Origin: Clostridia bacterium
GTDB lineage: Bacteria > Bacillota > Clostridia > HGM11514
Direction of reading: 5' to 3'
Assembly: GCA_045586685.1 (NCBI GenBank)
Contig: JAZNAU010000033.1
Location: 1-55,025 of the forward strand
DNA: 55,025 nt
Shown here: positions 19,997 to 30,313 of the stretch, piece after piece
Layout of the letters: each line of letters starts with the position of its first letter
Position numbering within the stretch: the stretch's first letter is position 1
Position numbers and translations under genes: made by a program
The notes under the pieces: model-generated
Told to the model about the DNA's origin: nothing
Database searches by the model: none
Seen by the model: only the letters and a program-made list of their open reading frames with translations

Positions 19997-21184
19997 TTAT
20001 TTTCTGCATTGCCGCGAAACATTCAGCAAAATTCCCATACCGCTCATTAAGAATACCAGGGATGAACCCCCTGCACTAAAGAAGGGAAGCTGCATTCCCG
20101 TAACCGGCATACTGGCAGTAACAACCGCCACATTGATGATGACCTGAATGGCAATAAGAGCCGTCATCCCAAAGGCAAGATAAGAACCAAGCTTATCGGG
20201 TGCATTCAGGGCAATTTTAATTCCTCTCCAGATTAACAGAGCAAACAGGGAAAGAACCAGAATGGCTCCCAACCAGCCAAGCTCTTCACAGATAATTGAA
20301 AAAATAAAGTCATTTTGGGGTTCTGGAATGTACAAATATTTCTGTCGGCTTCGACCCAGACCCACACCAAACAGCCCGCCTGAACCAATGGCATACAAAC
20401 TCTGGACAATCTGCCAACCTTCATCCATCTTATTGGCAAAGGGATCCATAAAAGTAGTGATTCGTTCCAAGCGATACGGTTCTTGCACAATAGCAACCAC
20501 TGCCACTGCCACAACACCGACAAGGGCGATACCGAAATGAGCCAGCTTCACTCCACCGACGAACAACAAAAGCATAGATACTCCGGCAAGGACAACCGTT
20601 CCGCTCAGATGTTTTTCTGCCAGTACCAGCCCGCAAAAAACTGCTATTACTAAAAGGTAGGACCCTAATGCTTTTATGTTGTGAAACGCATTGTCCTTTT
20701 CCTGAGAAAGACGGTAAGATAAATAGATAATCAGTACAATTTTTGCAAGCTCGGAGGGCTGAATACTAAAACCGCCCACCCCCAGCCAACGTTTTGCACC
20801 ATTTACTTCATTTCCCGCAACCAAAACCAGAAGCAACAAAACAATCGTTACTGCCATAACAAGAGGCAATCGTTTGACAATCACATGATAATCGGCTCTT
20901 GAGAAAAACATCATGGCCACAAATCCAATCAGTGCCCACCTTCCTTGAGAAAAAAGATAATGATAGCTGTTTCCGTACTCATAATAAGCATTGATAGAGC
21001 TTGCACTGAACACCATAATCAATCCAAAGGATACCAGAATTACCAACAAGGTAAACAACACTACATCCATCTGCCCTTGTTTTTTTTGCTGAGGCATAGA
21101 AGAAATTTTTGTTCCGGAAACAGAGCCGGATTTCACGGCATTCGATTTTCTCTTTTGCAGTTGTAGTTTCTGTTTCCGAGTCAT
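19997..21184 (-). CDS. ftsW: SEDS peptidoglycan polymerase FtsW/SpoVE
   Basis: GAKRWL, QPSELAK, QSLYAIGSGG, PEPQNDFIF, LPFFSAGGSS. Confidence 0.93.
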   Translation of the reverse strand: MTRKQKLQLQKRKSNAVKSGSVSGTKISSMPQQKKQGQMDVVLFTLLVILVSFGLIMVFSASSINAYYEYGNSYHYLFSQGRWALIGFVAMMFFSRADYHVIVKRLPLVMAVTIVLLLLVLVAGNEVNGAKRWLGVGGFSIQPSELAKIVLIIYLSYRLSQEKDNAFHNIKALGSYLLVIAVFCGLVLAEKHLSGTVVLAGVSMLLLFVGGVKLAHFGIALVGVVAVAVVAIVQEPYRLERITTFMDPFANKMDEGWQIVQSLYAIGSGGLFGVGLGRSRQKYLYIPEPQNDFIFSIICEELGWLGAILVLSLFALLIWRGIKIALNAPDKLGSYLAFGMTALIAIQVIINVAVVTASMPVTGMQLPFFSAGGSSLVFLMSGMGILLNVSRQCRK

Positions 21185-21205
21185 AATTTCCCGTCCTTTC
21201 TATTA

Positions 21206-22141
21206 TCAAATCGCAGCTGCGGCAATAAAGCAAAGGATTGCCGTTATTACACAAAATGTCAATACAATTTTTTTCTCGCTCCATCCGCACAGTTCAAAAT
21301 GATGATGAATAGGAGACATTTTAAAAATCCGCTTCTTTGTCAGTTTGAAAGAGGCAACCTGCAAAATCACAGATAGCGTTTCCATAAAATAAACAAATCC
21401 GATGAGCAACAATAACAAAGGTTGACCGAGGAGTACCGCACAAGCACTGACCAATCCCCCCAAAAAGAGGGAGCCGGTATCCCCCATAAACACCTTTGCA
21501 GGATAATGATTATATACCAAAAAACCCAAACATCCCGCTAAGGCAAAAATAGAGAGACGCATAAGTCCATCTTCCGTGTACTGCCATGCCATGCCTGCCA
21601 TAAACAACATTACAATAGAGGTAACGCTTGTTGCCAGACCGTCAATTCCGTCAGTTAAATTCACGCTGTTTTCCGTGCCCAAAATCACAAACAGGATAAA
21701 AGGCACATAAAGCCAGCCTAAATTCACCTCTGCTCCCGAAAAGGGAATTAGAATGGTTGTTCCGTTTTTGATGATTGCCGCCACAGTCAGAATAATGGCA
21801 ACTATCAACTGAAGCAAAAATTTTTGCTTTGACGTAAGCCCCAGATTTCTCTTTTTGGCAACTTTAATATAATCATCATAAAAACCGATAGCACCAAACA
21901 AAAGGGCAACCATCAATGCAATCCAACCGTTGCTGTCACGCAAGCAAAAGAAAGATGCAAGAAGTATTCCCAGAATAAACATAATACCGCCCATAGTAGG
22001 AGTTCCCTGCTTATTTTTGTGCCAGTTTGGACCGATTTCCAGAATACTCTGACCAAATTTCAAGCTGACTAACCAGCGAATGATAAACGGTCCTGTGAAT
22101 ACTGTTACCAAAAATGCAATCAAAAATCCAACAAAACTCAA
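21206..22141 (-). CDS. mraY: Phospho-N-acetylmuramoyl-pentapeptide transferase
   Basis: KQGTPTMGG, DDYIK, NLTDGIDG, FMGDTGS, PIHHHFE; TTG start overlapping the murF stop. Confidence 0.95.
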   Translation of the reverse strand: MSFVGFLIAFLVTVFTGPFIIRWLVSLKFGQSILEIGPNWHKNKQGTPTMGGIMFILGILLASFFCLRDSNGWIALMVALLFGAIGFYDDYIKVAKKRNLGLTSKQKFLLQLIVAIILTVAAIIKNGTTILIPFSGAEVNLGWLYVPFILFVILGTENSVNLTDGIDGLATSVTSIVMLFMAGMAWQYTEDGLMRLSIFALAGCLGFLVYNHYPAKVFMGDTGSLFLGGLVSACAVLLGQPLLLLLIGFVYFMETLSVILQVASFKLTKKRIFKMSPIHHHFELCGWSEKKIVLTFCVITAILCFIAAAAI

Positions 22142-23475
22142 TTTTTCCACCCCTCGTTCATCCGGTTCCAGATTTCCTCCATCTTCATTCCTCGGGAGCC
22201 TTTTATGAGCACTGTGTCCCCCTCGCAAAGATAAGAGCTTAAAAACCGGCAAAGTTCTTCATTTGTTGTAAAATGCTGTTTATTCAAAACGTCAGCACCT
22301 CGATTTATCTGTTCCGACGCCTTCCCTACGGTAAACACTCCGTCAAGACCGGAGGCAAACTGTCCGATTTCAAAATGGGCTTGTTCACTGTAATCTCCTA
22401 ACTCCAGCATATCGCCTAGTAATGCAATTTTTCTGTTTCCGTCAGATTCTCTCAACACCGAAATTCCGGCACGCATAGAATCGGGATTGGCATTATAGCA
22501 ATCTAAAATCACGGTAATGCCGTCCTTTTTTTCCGTTCTCATTCTCATTCCCACACTTTGGGATTCCTCAATGCCCTTTTTAATCAGTTCAGCGGGAACG
22601 TCAAACAAAAGTCCTGTGGCAACCGCCGCCAGAGCATTGCTGATATTATGCCGTCCCGGTACAGGGACGGTAACCCTCTCGGGTAATTTTTTACAGGTAA
22701 AGGAAAACAGCTGTTGTTCCACTTGTATTTCTTCCCCACGGATTTGGCAGTTTTCTCCGCATCCGTACCGAATTACCGATACATCAGGGTTTGCCTGATT
22801 CAGATAGTCATCATCTCCGTTGAACAGAGCAACACCCTCTTTTGACAAGCCCTCTAAAATTTCCAGCTTGGCTTTTAAAATCCCCTCACGGGAGCCTAAA
22901 TTCTCAACATGAGACATTCCGATATTGTTAATAATCACCACATCGGGACGAGCGGAACGGGTCAAACGGGACAACTCCCCAAAATGGTTCATACCCATTT
23001 CCACAACCGCCAATTCATGGCAGTCCTCCAAACGAAACAAGGTGAGAGGAACACCAATTTCATTATTAAAATTTCCTTCTGTTTTCAGACAGCAATATTT
23101 TTGGGACAGCACCGCCGCCACCATTTCCTTTGTGGTGGTTTTCCCAACACTTCCCGTAATGGCAACCACAGGAATAGGAAACTGTCTGCGATACCCTGCC
23201 GCCAAATCAAGAAGAGCCTGAGACGTATCCTTTACCCTAAGATAGGGCCCCCCCTCAAAGGGAATTTCTCCCATGACCGCAGCCGCACCCTGTTCCAAAG
23301 CTTGCTGTAAAAACGCATGACCGTCAAACCGTTCCCCTTTTAGTGCCACAAACAAACACCCGGGGGTAATCTTTCTGCTGTCGGTACAAATATCACTAAT
23401 GACAACAGTTTCCTCCACAAGCTGGGGCACTGCATTGCTCCATTCTATCAAATTTTTTAACACTGTGGGCTTCAT
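22138..23475 (-). CDS. murF: UDP-MurNAc-tripeptide D-Ala-D-Ala ligase
   Basis: GSVGKTTTKE, NFNNEIG, EMGMNH, DCYNANP, GDMLELG, KGSRG. Confidence 0.96.
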   Translation of the reverse strand: MKPTVLKNLIEWSNAVPQLVEETVVISDICTDSRKITPGCLFVALKGERFDGHAFLQQALEQGAAAVMGEIPFEGGPYLRVKDTSQALLDLAAGYRRQFPIPVVAITGSVGKTTTKEMVAAVLSQKYCCLKTEGNFNNEIGVPLTLFRLEDCHELAVVEMGMNHFGELSRLTRSARPDVVIINNIGMSHVENLGSREGILKAKLEILEGLSKEGVALFNGDDDYLNQANPDVSVIRYGCGENCQIRGEEIQVEQQLFSFTCKKLPERVTVPVPGRHNISNALAAVATGLLFDVPAELIKKGIEESQSVGMRMRTEKKDGITVILDCYNANPDSMRAGISVLRESDGNRKIALLGDMLELGDYSEQAHFEIGQFASGLDGVFTVGKASEQINRGADVLNKQHFTTNEELCRFLSSYLCEGDTVLIKGSRGMKMEEIWNRMNEGWKN

Positions 23476-24918
23476 TTATTGTTCTAACTCCTTTAACCAT
23501 TCCTCTACCACTTCACGCTCATCAAAATGAATGGTTCCTTCTTTTAGAATCTGATAGGTTTCATGCCCCTTTCCCGCCAGAATAATCACATCGTCAGGTT
23601 GTGCATTTTTCAGTGCAAAACCGATGGCATCCCGACGGTTTACAATCACAACATAGTCACAACCCGTCTTTGAAATGCCCTCTTCAATCTCTTGGATAAT
23701 GGCTTGGGGATTTTCTGTTCTGGGATTATCCGAGGTAACGATACAAAAATCAGATAATTCTCCCGCAACCTTGCCCATCAAAGGTCGTTTTGTACGGTCA
23801 CGGTCTCCTCCGCAACCAAACAGCGTCACCACTCTGCCCTTGGCAAAGCCACGTACACTCTTAATAATATTTTCCAGACCATCCGGTGTATGAGCATAAT
23901 CAATCATGACAGTATAAGGTTTTCCCAAAGGAAGCACCTCTGCCCGACCGCTGACCCCCGACACATCGGAAAGTCCTTTTACAATCACATCAGACGGAAC
24001 ACCGCACACCGTACAGATTCCGATGGCACAAAGGCCGTTGTATACAGAAAATTTTCCGGGTGTATTTAAAGTAATTCTCATTTCCTTGCCCAAAATATTT
24101 CCGGTAAACATAGAAGCTTCTCTGCCAAACTCCATATCGAAAGCATAAATATCTGCTGCATTGTCCACCCCGTAGGATAAGGGGACACAACTGCATTGCT
24201 TCAAAATACGGATTCCCGCATCATCATCTATATTAACAACACCTGTTTTACATAAATCAAACAGCTTTGCCTTTGCCTGAAAATAATGCTCCATATCCTG
24301 ATGAAAATCCAGATGGTCCCGAGTCAGATTGGTAAACGCTCCCACATCAATATCGCAGTATGCCACACGGGACAGTTCAAGCGAATGAGAGGAGATTTCC
24401 ATAATCACATAATCAACACCATGTTCCGCCATTTGCGCAAGCAGTTCCTGAAGCTCCAGTGATTCGGGTGTAGTGCGTTCAGAGGGAAGAACCGTATTCC
24501 CGATCATATTCTGATTGGTACCGATTAACCCCACGCAATATCCCGCATTTTCCAGAATTTTCTTCACCAAATAGGTGGTGGTTGTTTTTCCATTGGTTCC
24601 GGTAACACCGATTACTTTCATTTTTCCGGAAGGGTGACCGTAATAACGGTCTGCAAGAAATGCCAGTGCTTTACGGCTGTCATCCACAATCACCTGAGGA
24701 ACAGATGCCTCCACCTCATGCTCACAAATCAATACAGAAGCACCCCTTTTGGCAGCATCCTCTGCGTAGCGGTGTCCATCTGTAACAAAGCCAGTCACAC
24801 ACACAAAGACCGAGCCTTCCATGACCTTTTGGGAATTATAACAAATATCCTTAATTTCCACATTGGGAACAGGACTTAGCAGTCCTGAATAGTCACTGAA
24901 TAACTGTGTAAGCTTCAT
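23476..24918 (-). CDS. murE: UDP-MurNAc-dipeptide meso-diaminopimelate ligase
   Basis: GTNGKTT, DYAHTPD, GCGGDRD, DNPR (mDAP-type), AGKGHE. Confidence 0.97.
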   Translation of the reverse strand: MKLTQLFSDYSGLLSPVPNVEIKDICYNSQKVMEGSVFVCVTGFVTDGHRYAEDAAKRGASVLICEHEVEASVPQVIVDDSRKALAFLADRYYGHPSGKMKVIGVTGTNGKTTTTYLVKKILENAGYCVGLIGTNQNMIGNTVLPSERTTPESLELQELLAQMAEHGVDYVIMEISSHSLELSRVAYCDIDVGAFTNLTRDHLDFHQDMEHYFQAKAKLFDLCKTGVVNIDDDAGIRILKQCSCVPLSYGVDNAADIYAFDMEFGREASMFTGNILGKEMRITLNTPGKFSVYNGLCAIGICTVCGVPSDVIVKGLSDVSGVSGRAEVLPLGKPYTVMIDYAHTPDGLENIIKSVRGFAKGRVVTLFGCGGDRDRTKRPLMGKVAGELSDFCIVTSDNPRTENPQAIIQEIEEGISKTGCDYVVIVNRRDAIGFALKNAQPDDVIILAGKGHETYQILKEGTIHFDEREVVEEWLKELEQ

Positions 24919-24943
24919 ACTGTTTTCCCCTTCCTGTCATTCC

Positions 24944-27154
24944 TTAATAATCACTAATCTGCGAACGGAAGTCAACCGAAACGGTACTGCCGCTTACCAC
25001 CTCTTCCCCTGCAGCAGGAGTTTGAGAATAAGCAGTTACACTGTTTTCCTGATTAGGAGCAACATCTGTAAACCGACAGTTCAGACCATATTCTGCTAAA
25101 GTTCGTCTTGCCTCGGCAGGAGTCATGCCCATTACGTCAGGAACCTTTACCTTCTGGTCTTCCATTTGCTTTTGCGTATATAAAATAACAGTTGAATTCA
25201 ATTCCATGGTAACGCTTCCTACAGGAATCTGAGACAATATTGTCTCCCCGTCACCCATAATCTGATAATTAAGCCCTGCAGCAGATAAGGTATTGGCAGC
25301 TTCATTTACTGTTAAATCCACAACATTGGGAACATTCACCGTTTCCTCTGCTTCCTCTTCTTCTGTATACTGAGGCTCCATTCCCAAATAGTGTAAGGTA
25401 TCCTCTAAAATAGAACGGACAACCGGTGCCGCAATGGTACCGCCGTAGTACACCCCGATGGGTTCGTCCAGGATAACCAGCACCACTACCTGGGGATCAT
25501 CCACAGGAGCAATACCCACACAAGAGGCGATATACTTTCCGTTGCCACGGGGCAATTTTTCAGAGGTTCCCGTTTTTCCGCCTACACGATACCCCTTAAT
25601 ATAAGCGTTAGATGCCGCACCATCCAGTACAACCTGTTCCATGATATTTCGCATGGTGCCAGCGGTTTCGGAGGACATAATTTGACGTACAGGCTCAGGT
25701 TCAATGGTTTTTACTACATTTCCTTCCTGATCGGTCATCTGTTTTACCAAATGGGGCTGATACAAGGTGCCTCCGTTACAGATAGCAGATACAAAGCTTG
25801 CCAGCTGTAAAGGCGTAACCTGCAAGCCCTGACCGAAAGAGGAGGTTGCCAGCTGTACTTCGTTGAAATCCGCTTTAGAAAAGAATACGCCGTTTGCCTC
25901 ACCGGGTAAATCAATTCCGGTCAAATCACGAAATCCAAAGGCTTCTACAAACCGGAAAAAGTTGTCATTTCCAATTCGTTCTGCAATCTGCATCAAAGCA
26001 GGGTTACAGGAATTACAAATGGCTTTTACAAAGGTCTGCGGTCCGTGACCTGCAGTATGGTGACAGTTGATTTTCTTGTCCGCCACACGATAAGAACCTC
26101 CGCAGTCAAAGATATCGTCAAGCTTGCAAACATTCTGCTCCAATGCGGCAACTGCGGTGGCAAGCTTAAAGGTAGAGCCCGGCTCATAACTGTCCGTTAC
26201 CGCTTTGTTTCTCCACATTTTGAAGAGCATTTCTGTTTCCCGTTTACCCAGCTCCTCATCGGATAAATCGTCCTTATCTATTCCTTCGTCCTTTAATTTT
26301 TCTTCCAGCTCCTCCTCTGCTTCTTCTGTCAGAGTTCTGGGCTGATTCAAATCATAATCAGGAAGGGAACACATGGCGTAAATTTCCCCTGTTTGGGGAT
26401 TCATCACAATTGCCGCTGCACCTGCCCCCAAATCGTTTTCAATATACGCCTTTTCCAAATATTTTTCTACAAAGTGCTGAATGGTTTCATCAATGGTCAG
26501 CACCAGATTTTGCCCATCCACAGGGTCGATGTATTGTTCAAATTTATAGGGTACATCCGTTCCCTTGGCATTGCTTGCAGTTACAATACGGCCGGGAGTA
26601 CCCGCCAATACGCTGTCATACTGTGCTTCCAGTCCGTCCAGACCTTGATTGTCGTTTCCGGTAAAGCCAAGCACATGGGAAGCAAATTTTCCGTAAGGAT
26701 AATACCTCTTGGTATCCTCATCCAGATTAACCCCCGGCAATTCCAGTTCACGGATTCTATCCGCCGTATCCTTTTCCACACGGCGGGCAATAGACACATA
26801 ATAGCTGTTTGCCGTTACCTTTTTTCGCACAGCATCTTCGTCTAAATCCAAAATATCAGACAAGGCCTTCACAACCTCATCTTCATTTCCTTGTTCCTTA
26901 ATCACATTGGGGGAAACGGAGACCTGCTCTACGCTTGCACTGACTGCCAGAGTCTTGCCGTTTCTGTCTAAAATTGCACCTCTCTTTGCACTGACCTGAC
27001 GATCTGTTGTCTGTTGCTCCAAGGCTCCCTTTTGAAGCTCCTCACCGCGGACAATCTGCAAATATCCCGTCCGCAGAATCAGCCCCAAAAGAACTACCAC
27101 TACCACCGAAAAGATAAAAACAATCCGCTTGTTCATCTGTTTATTCAAAGCCAT
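24944..27154 (-). CDS. Class B penicillin-binding protein (SpoVD/FtsI type) with two PASTA domains
   Basis: RGAILDRNG, EPGSTFK (SxxK), SCN (SxN), KTG; two VP.V PASTA repeats. Confidence 0.93.
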   Translation of the reverse strand: MALNKQMNKRIVFIFSVVVVVLLGLILRTGYLQIVRGEELQKGALEQQTTDRQVSAKRGAILDRNGKTLAVSASVEQVSVSPNVIKEQGNEDEVVKALSDILDLDEDAVRKKVTANSYYVSIARRVEKDTADRIRELELPGVNLDEDTKRYYPYGKFASHVLGFTGNDNQGLDGLEAQYDSVLAGTPGRIVTASNAKGTDVPYKFEQYIDPVDGQNLVLTIDETIQHFVEKYLEKAYIENDLGAGAAAIVMNPQTGEIYAMCSLPDYDLNQPRTLTEEAEEELEEKLKDEGIDKDDLSDEELGKRETEMLFKMWRNKAVTDSYEPGSTFKLATAVAALEQNVCKLDDIFDCGGSYRVADKKINCHHTAGHGPQTFVKAICNSCNPALMQIAERIGNDNFFRFVEAFGFRDLTGIDLPGEANGVFFSKADFNEVQLATSSFGQGLQVTPLQLASFVSAICNGGTLYQPHLVKQMTDQEGNVVKTIEPEPVRQIMSSETAGTMRNIMEQVVLDGAASNAYIKGYRVGGKTGTSEKLPRGNGKYIASCVGIAPVDDPQVVVLVILDEPIGVYYGGTIAAPVVRSILEDTLHYLGMEPQYTEEEEAEETVNVPNVVDLTVNEAANTLSAAGLNYQIMGDGETILSQIPVGSVTMELNSTVILYTQKQMEDQKVKVPDVMGMTPAEARRTLAEYGLNCRFTDVAPNQENSVTAYSQTPAAGEEVVSGSTVSVDFRSQISDY

Positions 27155-27196
27155 TTTCAGGGCTCAGCTCCTTTCTGAAAAACTTCCCAAATTTCT

Positions 27197-27230
27197 AAAA
27201 AAACCAAGGCAACCCCTAAGATTGCCTCGG
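27197..27230 (-). terminator. Intrinsic terminator-like hairpin between ftsL and the PBP gene
   Basis: CCGAGGCAATC-loop-GGTTGCCTTGG followed by TTTTTTT. Confidence 0.65.
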
Positions 27231-27312
27231 CACCTTTTTTGCAATTTATCCCCCAAACAGACTTTTTTCGGGGGATTATAGACACGCAATCTATCACAAT
27301 ATATGAATCCGA

Positions 27313-27840
27313 TTAATACAAATATTCCAAAACGTTCCCCAAAGTCTGAATAATGGTAGCATAAAAATTCTTTCCCTCAGCGGTTTCTTTCATTTCCTCC
27401 GCTACCTCTATATAATCGTCTCCCTGAATATTTACATACACCGTCTGATATTTTTCAGGCTTGCCCATTCCAAGCTCTGTCATGGCAATCCGTTCCACAT
27501 TATCCAGATTCAGGGCACTGTCAATCTCCACCTGTAACCGTTTGTTTTCGTCCAAAATAGTATTTCGCTCTACCTTCAGAATTCCAAGCTGATGATCCCG
27601 CTCCACAATAGCAGAATAACGGAATAAAATCAGCAATGCCGCAACACAAATTAACAGAACATTGCCAATCAGCCGAGCCGGTAATCTTCTTGCTCCGGAG
27701 GTATGCTGTACAGCAGTCTGTTTATGCTTTTCTACTTCAGTATTTAATTTTACTCTCCGCATCTCGCCCTGCCGTACTACACTCACGGGATCATTCTCAT
27801 ATAACCGATATGCAGAGGAAGAATTTGCTCTTCTGGACAT
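27313..27840 (-). CDS. ftsL: Cell division protein FtsL-like
   Basis: TM helix, coiled coil, VERIAMTELGM.KP; between rsmH and the PBP gene. Confidence 0.8.
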   Translation of the reverse strand: MSRRANSSSAYRLYENDPVSVVRQGEMRRVKLNTEVEKHKQTAVQHTSGARRLPARLIGNVLLICVAALLILFRYSAIVERDHQLGILKVERNTILDENKRLQVEIDSALNLDNVERIAMTELGMGKPEKYQTVYVNIQGDDYIEVAEEMKETAEGKNFYATIIQTLGNVLEYLY

Positions 27841-27855
27841 ACTATGTACTCCTTT

Positions 27856-28785
27856 TTATATCTTTTCAATCACTCGTAATTTTGCGCTCTTTGCTCTGGG
27901 GTTTTGGGCAAGTTCTTCCGGTCTTGCCACAACCGCTTTTTTCAGTACCATTTTTCCCTTTGGCTGGTTTCCGCAAACACAAACAGGAAATTCAGGGGGG
28001 CAGGTACAGCCCGTACATTTTTCACGAAAGCTCTGTTTTACCATTCTGTCTTCCAAGGAATGAAAGGTAATCACGGCAAGTCTGCCGCCTGGCTTTAAAC
28101 ACTCAAAAAAATCAGTTAATGCTTTTTCTAAAACCTCAAGCTCCTTGTTTACCTCAATACGAATTGCCTGAAAGGTTCGTTTTGCCGGATGCTTGTCCGA
28201 AGGTCTGTTTCCCATAGCACTGCGGATAACTTCCGTCAGTTCAAAAGTGGTTGCAATGGGTTTTTCTTCCCGTCTCTTGACAATCATCCTTGCAATTTTT
28301 CTTGCAAATCGTTCTTCGCCATAGGTGAAAATCACACGAGCAAGGGCTTCTTCGGAATAAGTATTGACCACATCAAAAGCGGATAAGGTTGCATCCTTGT
28401 TCATCCGCATATCAAGAGGGGCGTCAAACCGATAGGAAAATCCCCGTTCCGCCTCGTCCAACTGATAGGAGGAAACCCCCAAATCCAGCATGGCTCCGTC
28501 AATACCGTCAATCTGACATTCTTTTAATATCTCCTTAATGTCAGAAAAATTCCTATTCATATATAATACGCCGTAATCCTCTGAAATCCTCTTTTTTGCC
28601 GCCAATATTGCATCTGAATCCTGATCAATGCCAATCAACGTGCCCTTTTTGCCCAGTTTTTCCAGAAGGTAAGCCGCATGACCGCCACCGCCCAAGGTTC
28701 CGTCAACATAAATTCCGCCCGAGCGAACATTCAGCGAATCCACTGTTTCGTGAAGAAGCACGGACACATGAGAAAATTCTCCCAT
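27856..28785 (-). CDS. rsmH: 16S rRNA m4C1402 methyltransferase
   Basis: HVSVLL.E, DGTLGGGGH, DLGVSSYQLD, FHSLEDR, NPRAKSAKLR. Confidence 0.98.
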   Translation of the reverse strand: MGEFSHVSVLLHETVDSLNVRSGGIYVDGTLGGGGHAAYLLEKLGKKGTLIGIDQDSDAILAAKKRISEDYGVLYMNRNFSDIKEILKECQIDGIDGAMLDLGVSSYQLDEAERGFSYRFDAPLDMRMNKDATLSAFDVVNTYSEEALARVIFTYGEERFARKIARMIVKRREEKPIATTFELTEVIRSAMGNRPSDKHPAKRTFQAIRIEVNKELEVLEKALTDFFECLKPGGRLAVITFHSLEDRMVKQSFREKCTGCTCPPEFPVCVCGNQPKGKMVLKKAVVARPEELAQNPRAKSAKLRVIEKI

Positions 28786-28797
28786 ATCACCTACTCC

Positions 28798-29220
28798 TTA
28801 CATTCCCATATCTTCCAACATCTGAGCAACCTCATCAGTATCAATTTCAGCATAGGTGTTCCAGGCATTCTTTGCCCAAATTTCCAAGCGGTCAGAAACT
28901 CCGATTACCACAACCTCACGGTCGGTAATATGAGCATGATCCTTCAGACACTGATCCAGCATCACTCTTCCTTGCTTGTCCAGCGAGCATTTTTTCAAAC
29001 CTGATGTAAAAAATCGTTGCACTTTTCTCGCCTTGGAAAAAGGAAGTTCTCTGATGGTAGCAAAAAACTCTCTGCCTTTTTCTTCAGGAAATACAAACAA
29101 GCAGTCGTCCAGCCCTTTTGTAATATAGAAAACATCTCCCAGTCCCTCCCGAAATCCGACAGGTACTGTGAGTCTGCTTTTATCATCCAAATTACAAGCA
29201 ACCTCTCCGCTGAACAGCAT
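28798..29220 (-). CDS. mraZ: Division/cell wall cluster regulator MraZ
   Basis: Two DxxxR motifs (DDKSR, DKQGR), RLEIW; start moved to ATG 29220. Confidence 0.93.
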   Translation of the reverse strand: MLFSGEVACNLDDKSRLTVPVGFREGLGDVFYITKGLDDCLFVFPEEKGREFFATIRELPFSKARKVQRFFTSGLKKCSLDKQGRVMLDQCLKDHAHITDREVVVIGVSDRLEIWAKNAWNTYAEIDTDEVAQMLEDMGM

Positions 29221-29265
29221 GATTTGCACTCCTATAATCAATTAAGGGTAATTTTACCGTTCGCG

Positions 29266-29301
29266 CCCCACTTTTTCCCACAAGGCACCACTTTTCCCCA
29301 C
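29266..29301 (-). promoter_or_regulatory. MraZ-binding boxes
   Basis: Four GTGG boxes at exact 10-bp spacing: GTGGGGAAAA GTGGTGCCTT GTGGGAAAAA GTGGGG. Confidence 0.88.
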
Positions 29302-29311
29302 CCTCAATTTA

Positions 29312-29340
29312 ATTATAACTGATTTTTGTGACTTTTGCAA
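29312..29340 (-). promoter_or_regulatory. SigA promoter of the dcw cluster
   Basis: TTGCAA-N17-TATAAT. Confidence 0.75.
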
Positions 29341-29575
29341 GAGGTTTTTTAAAAAAATTTAAATTTTTTTTACCGAAATATTTCAAAACACAATATCTTG
29401 TAACATTTTGGTAATCTAATACAATAAAATGTGCTCTTTTGTAATATTCTCTTAAAATTCGAAAAATCCTCTTTTTTTATATCTTGTATATTATGCATAA
29501 TTTACCACAAAGTATTGTATATTGGAAATAAAGCAAACGTTTTTATATTCTTTACAGAAAGGTGATGAACCTGTT

Positions 29576-30313
29576 ATGCCAGACATTCCCACCAGAAGAC
29601 CGCCCTCGAAAGCTGCGGAGCCTGAATCTCTTCCTATATTCTATCCCCGCATTACAGAACGAATGTTAATCAGCGGATGCTTATTCGCCCTTTGCTTTTT
29701 TGCAGGAAAAACGGATGTATTTCACGACCGGACGGAACAACTGAAGAAAATTCTAAATACCCATACCGATCCACAAATTGTACGGATGAAGGCAGAGGAG
29801 GCAGTCAATTACTGCGAAACCTTCCTCCCTTCTTTAGAAGTAGGGGCGGAAAGTTTAGAGGACAGCACCCGCCAATATGACATTATCACACAAGAACAAG
29901 AATCGGTTTCTGTAACAGCACAAACCGTTTTTTCCGTTCCTCTGAAGGGAGTGATTACCTCCGGATTCGGGGAACGAACCGACCCGTTAAATGAAACGGC
30001 AAGTTGGCACACAGGTCTTGATATTGCCGCCAACACCGGAACACCCATCGTTGCTTCCGCATCGGGAGAAGTCATTTTTTCAGGAGAGCTGGGTGGATAT
30101 GGCTTAGCAGTAAAGCTTCGTCATCCGGACGGATTGGTGACCCTGTACGGCCACTGCAGTGAGTTGTTTGTTGAAGAGGGACAGACGATTTGCGCAGGAG
30201 AAACCATTGCCGCTGTTGGCAGTACAGGCAGAAGCACAGGACCTCATCTTCATTTTGAAATAATAAACGGAGAGGAATATTTAAATCCTTCCGACTACTT
30301 ATCCTTTGTATGA
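29576..30313 (+). CDS. M23 peptidase, SpoIVFA-like
   Basis: TM helix plus HTGLD and HLH zinc motifs; upstream of an M50 gene; ATG 29576 behind AAGGTGA. Confidence 0.8.
   Translation: MPDIPTRRPPSKAAEPESLPIFYPRITERMLISGCLFALCFFAGKTDVFHDRTEQLKKILNTHTDPQIVRMKAEEAVNYCETFLPSLEVGAESLEDSTRQYDIITQEQESVSVTAQTVFSVPLKGVITSGFGERTDPLNETASWHTGLDIAANTGTPIVASASGEVIFSGELGGYGLAVKLRHPDGLVTLYGHCSELFVEEGQTICAGETIAAVGSTGRSTGPHLHFEIINGEEYLNPSDYLSFV

Noticed and set aside
22142-22252. Long N-terminal extensions on mraY (also murG, murA, rpsT, yabM, pduV) in the ORF track
   Set aside because: Downstream starts have proper RBSs and match family N-termini.
29480-29560. SigE promoter for the spoIVFA-like gene
   Set aside because: Expected from B. 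subtilis, but no candidate with convincing spacing was found.
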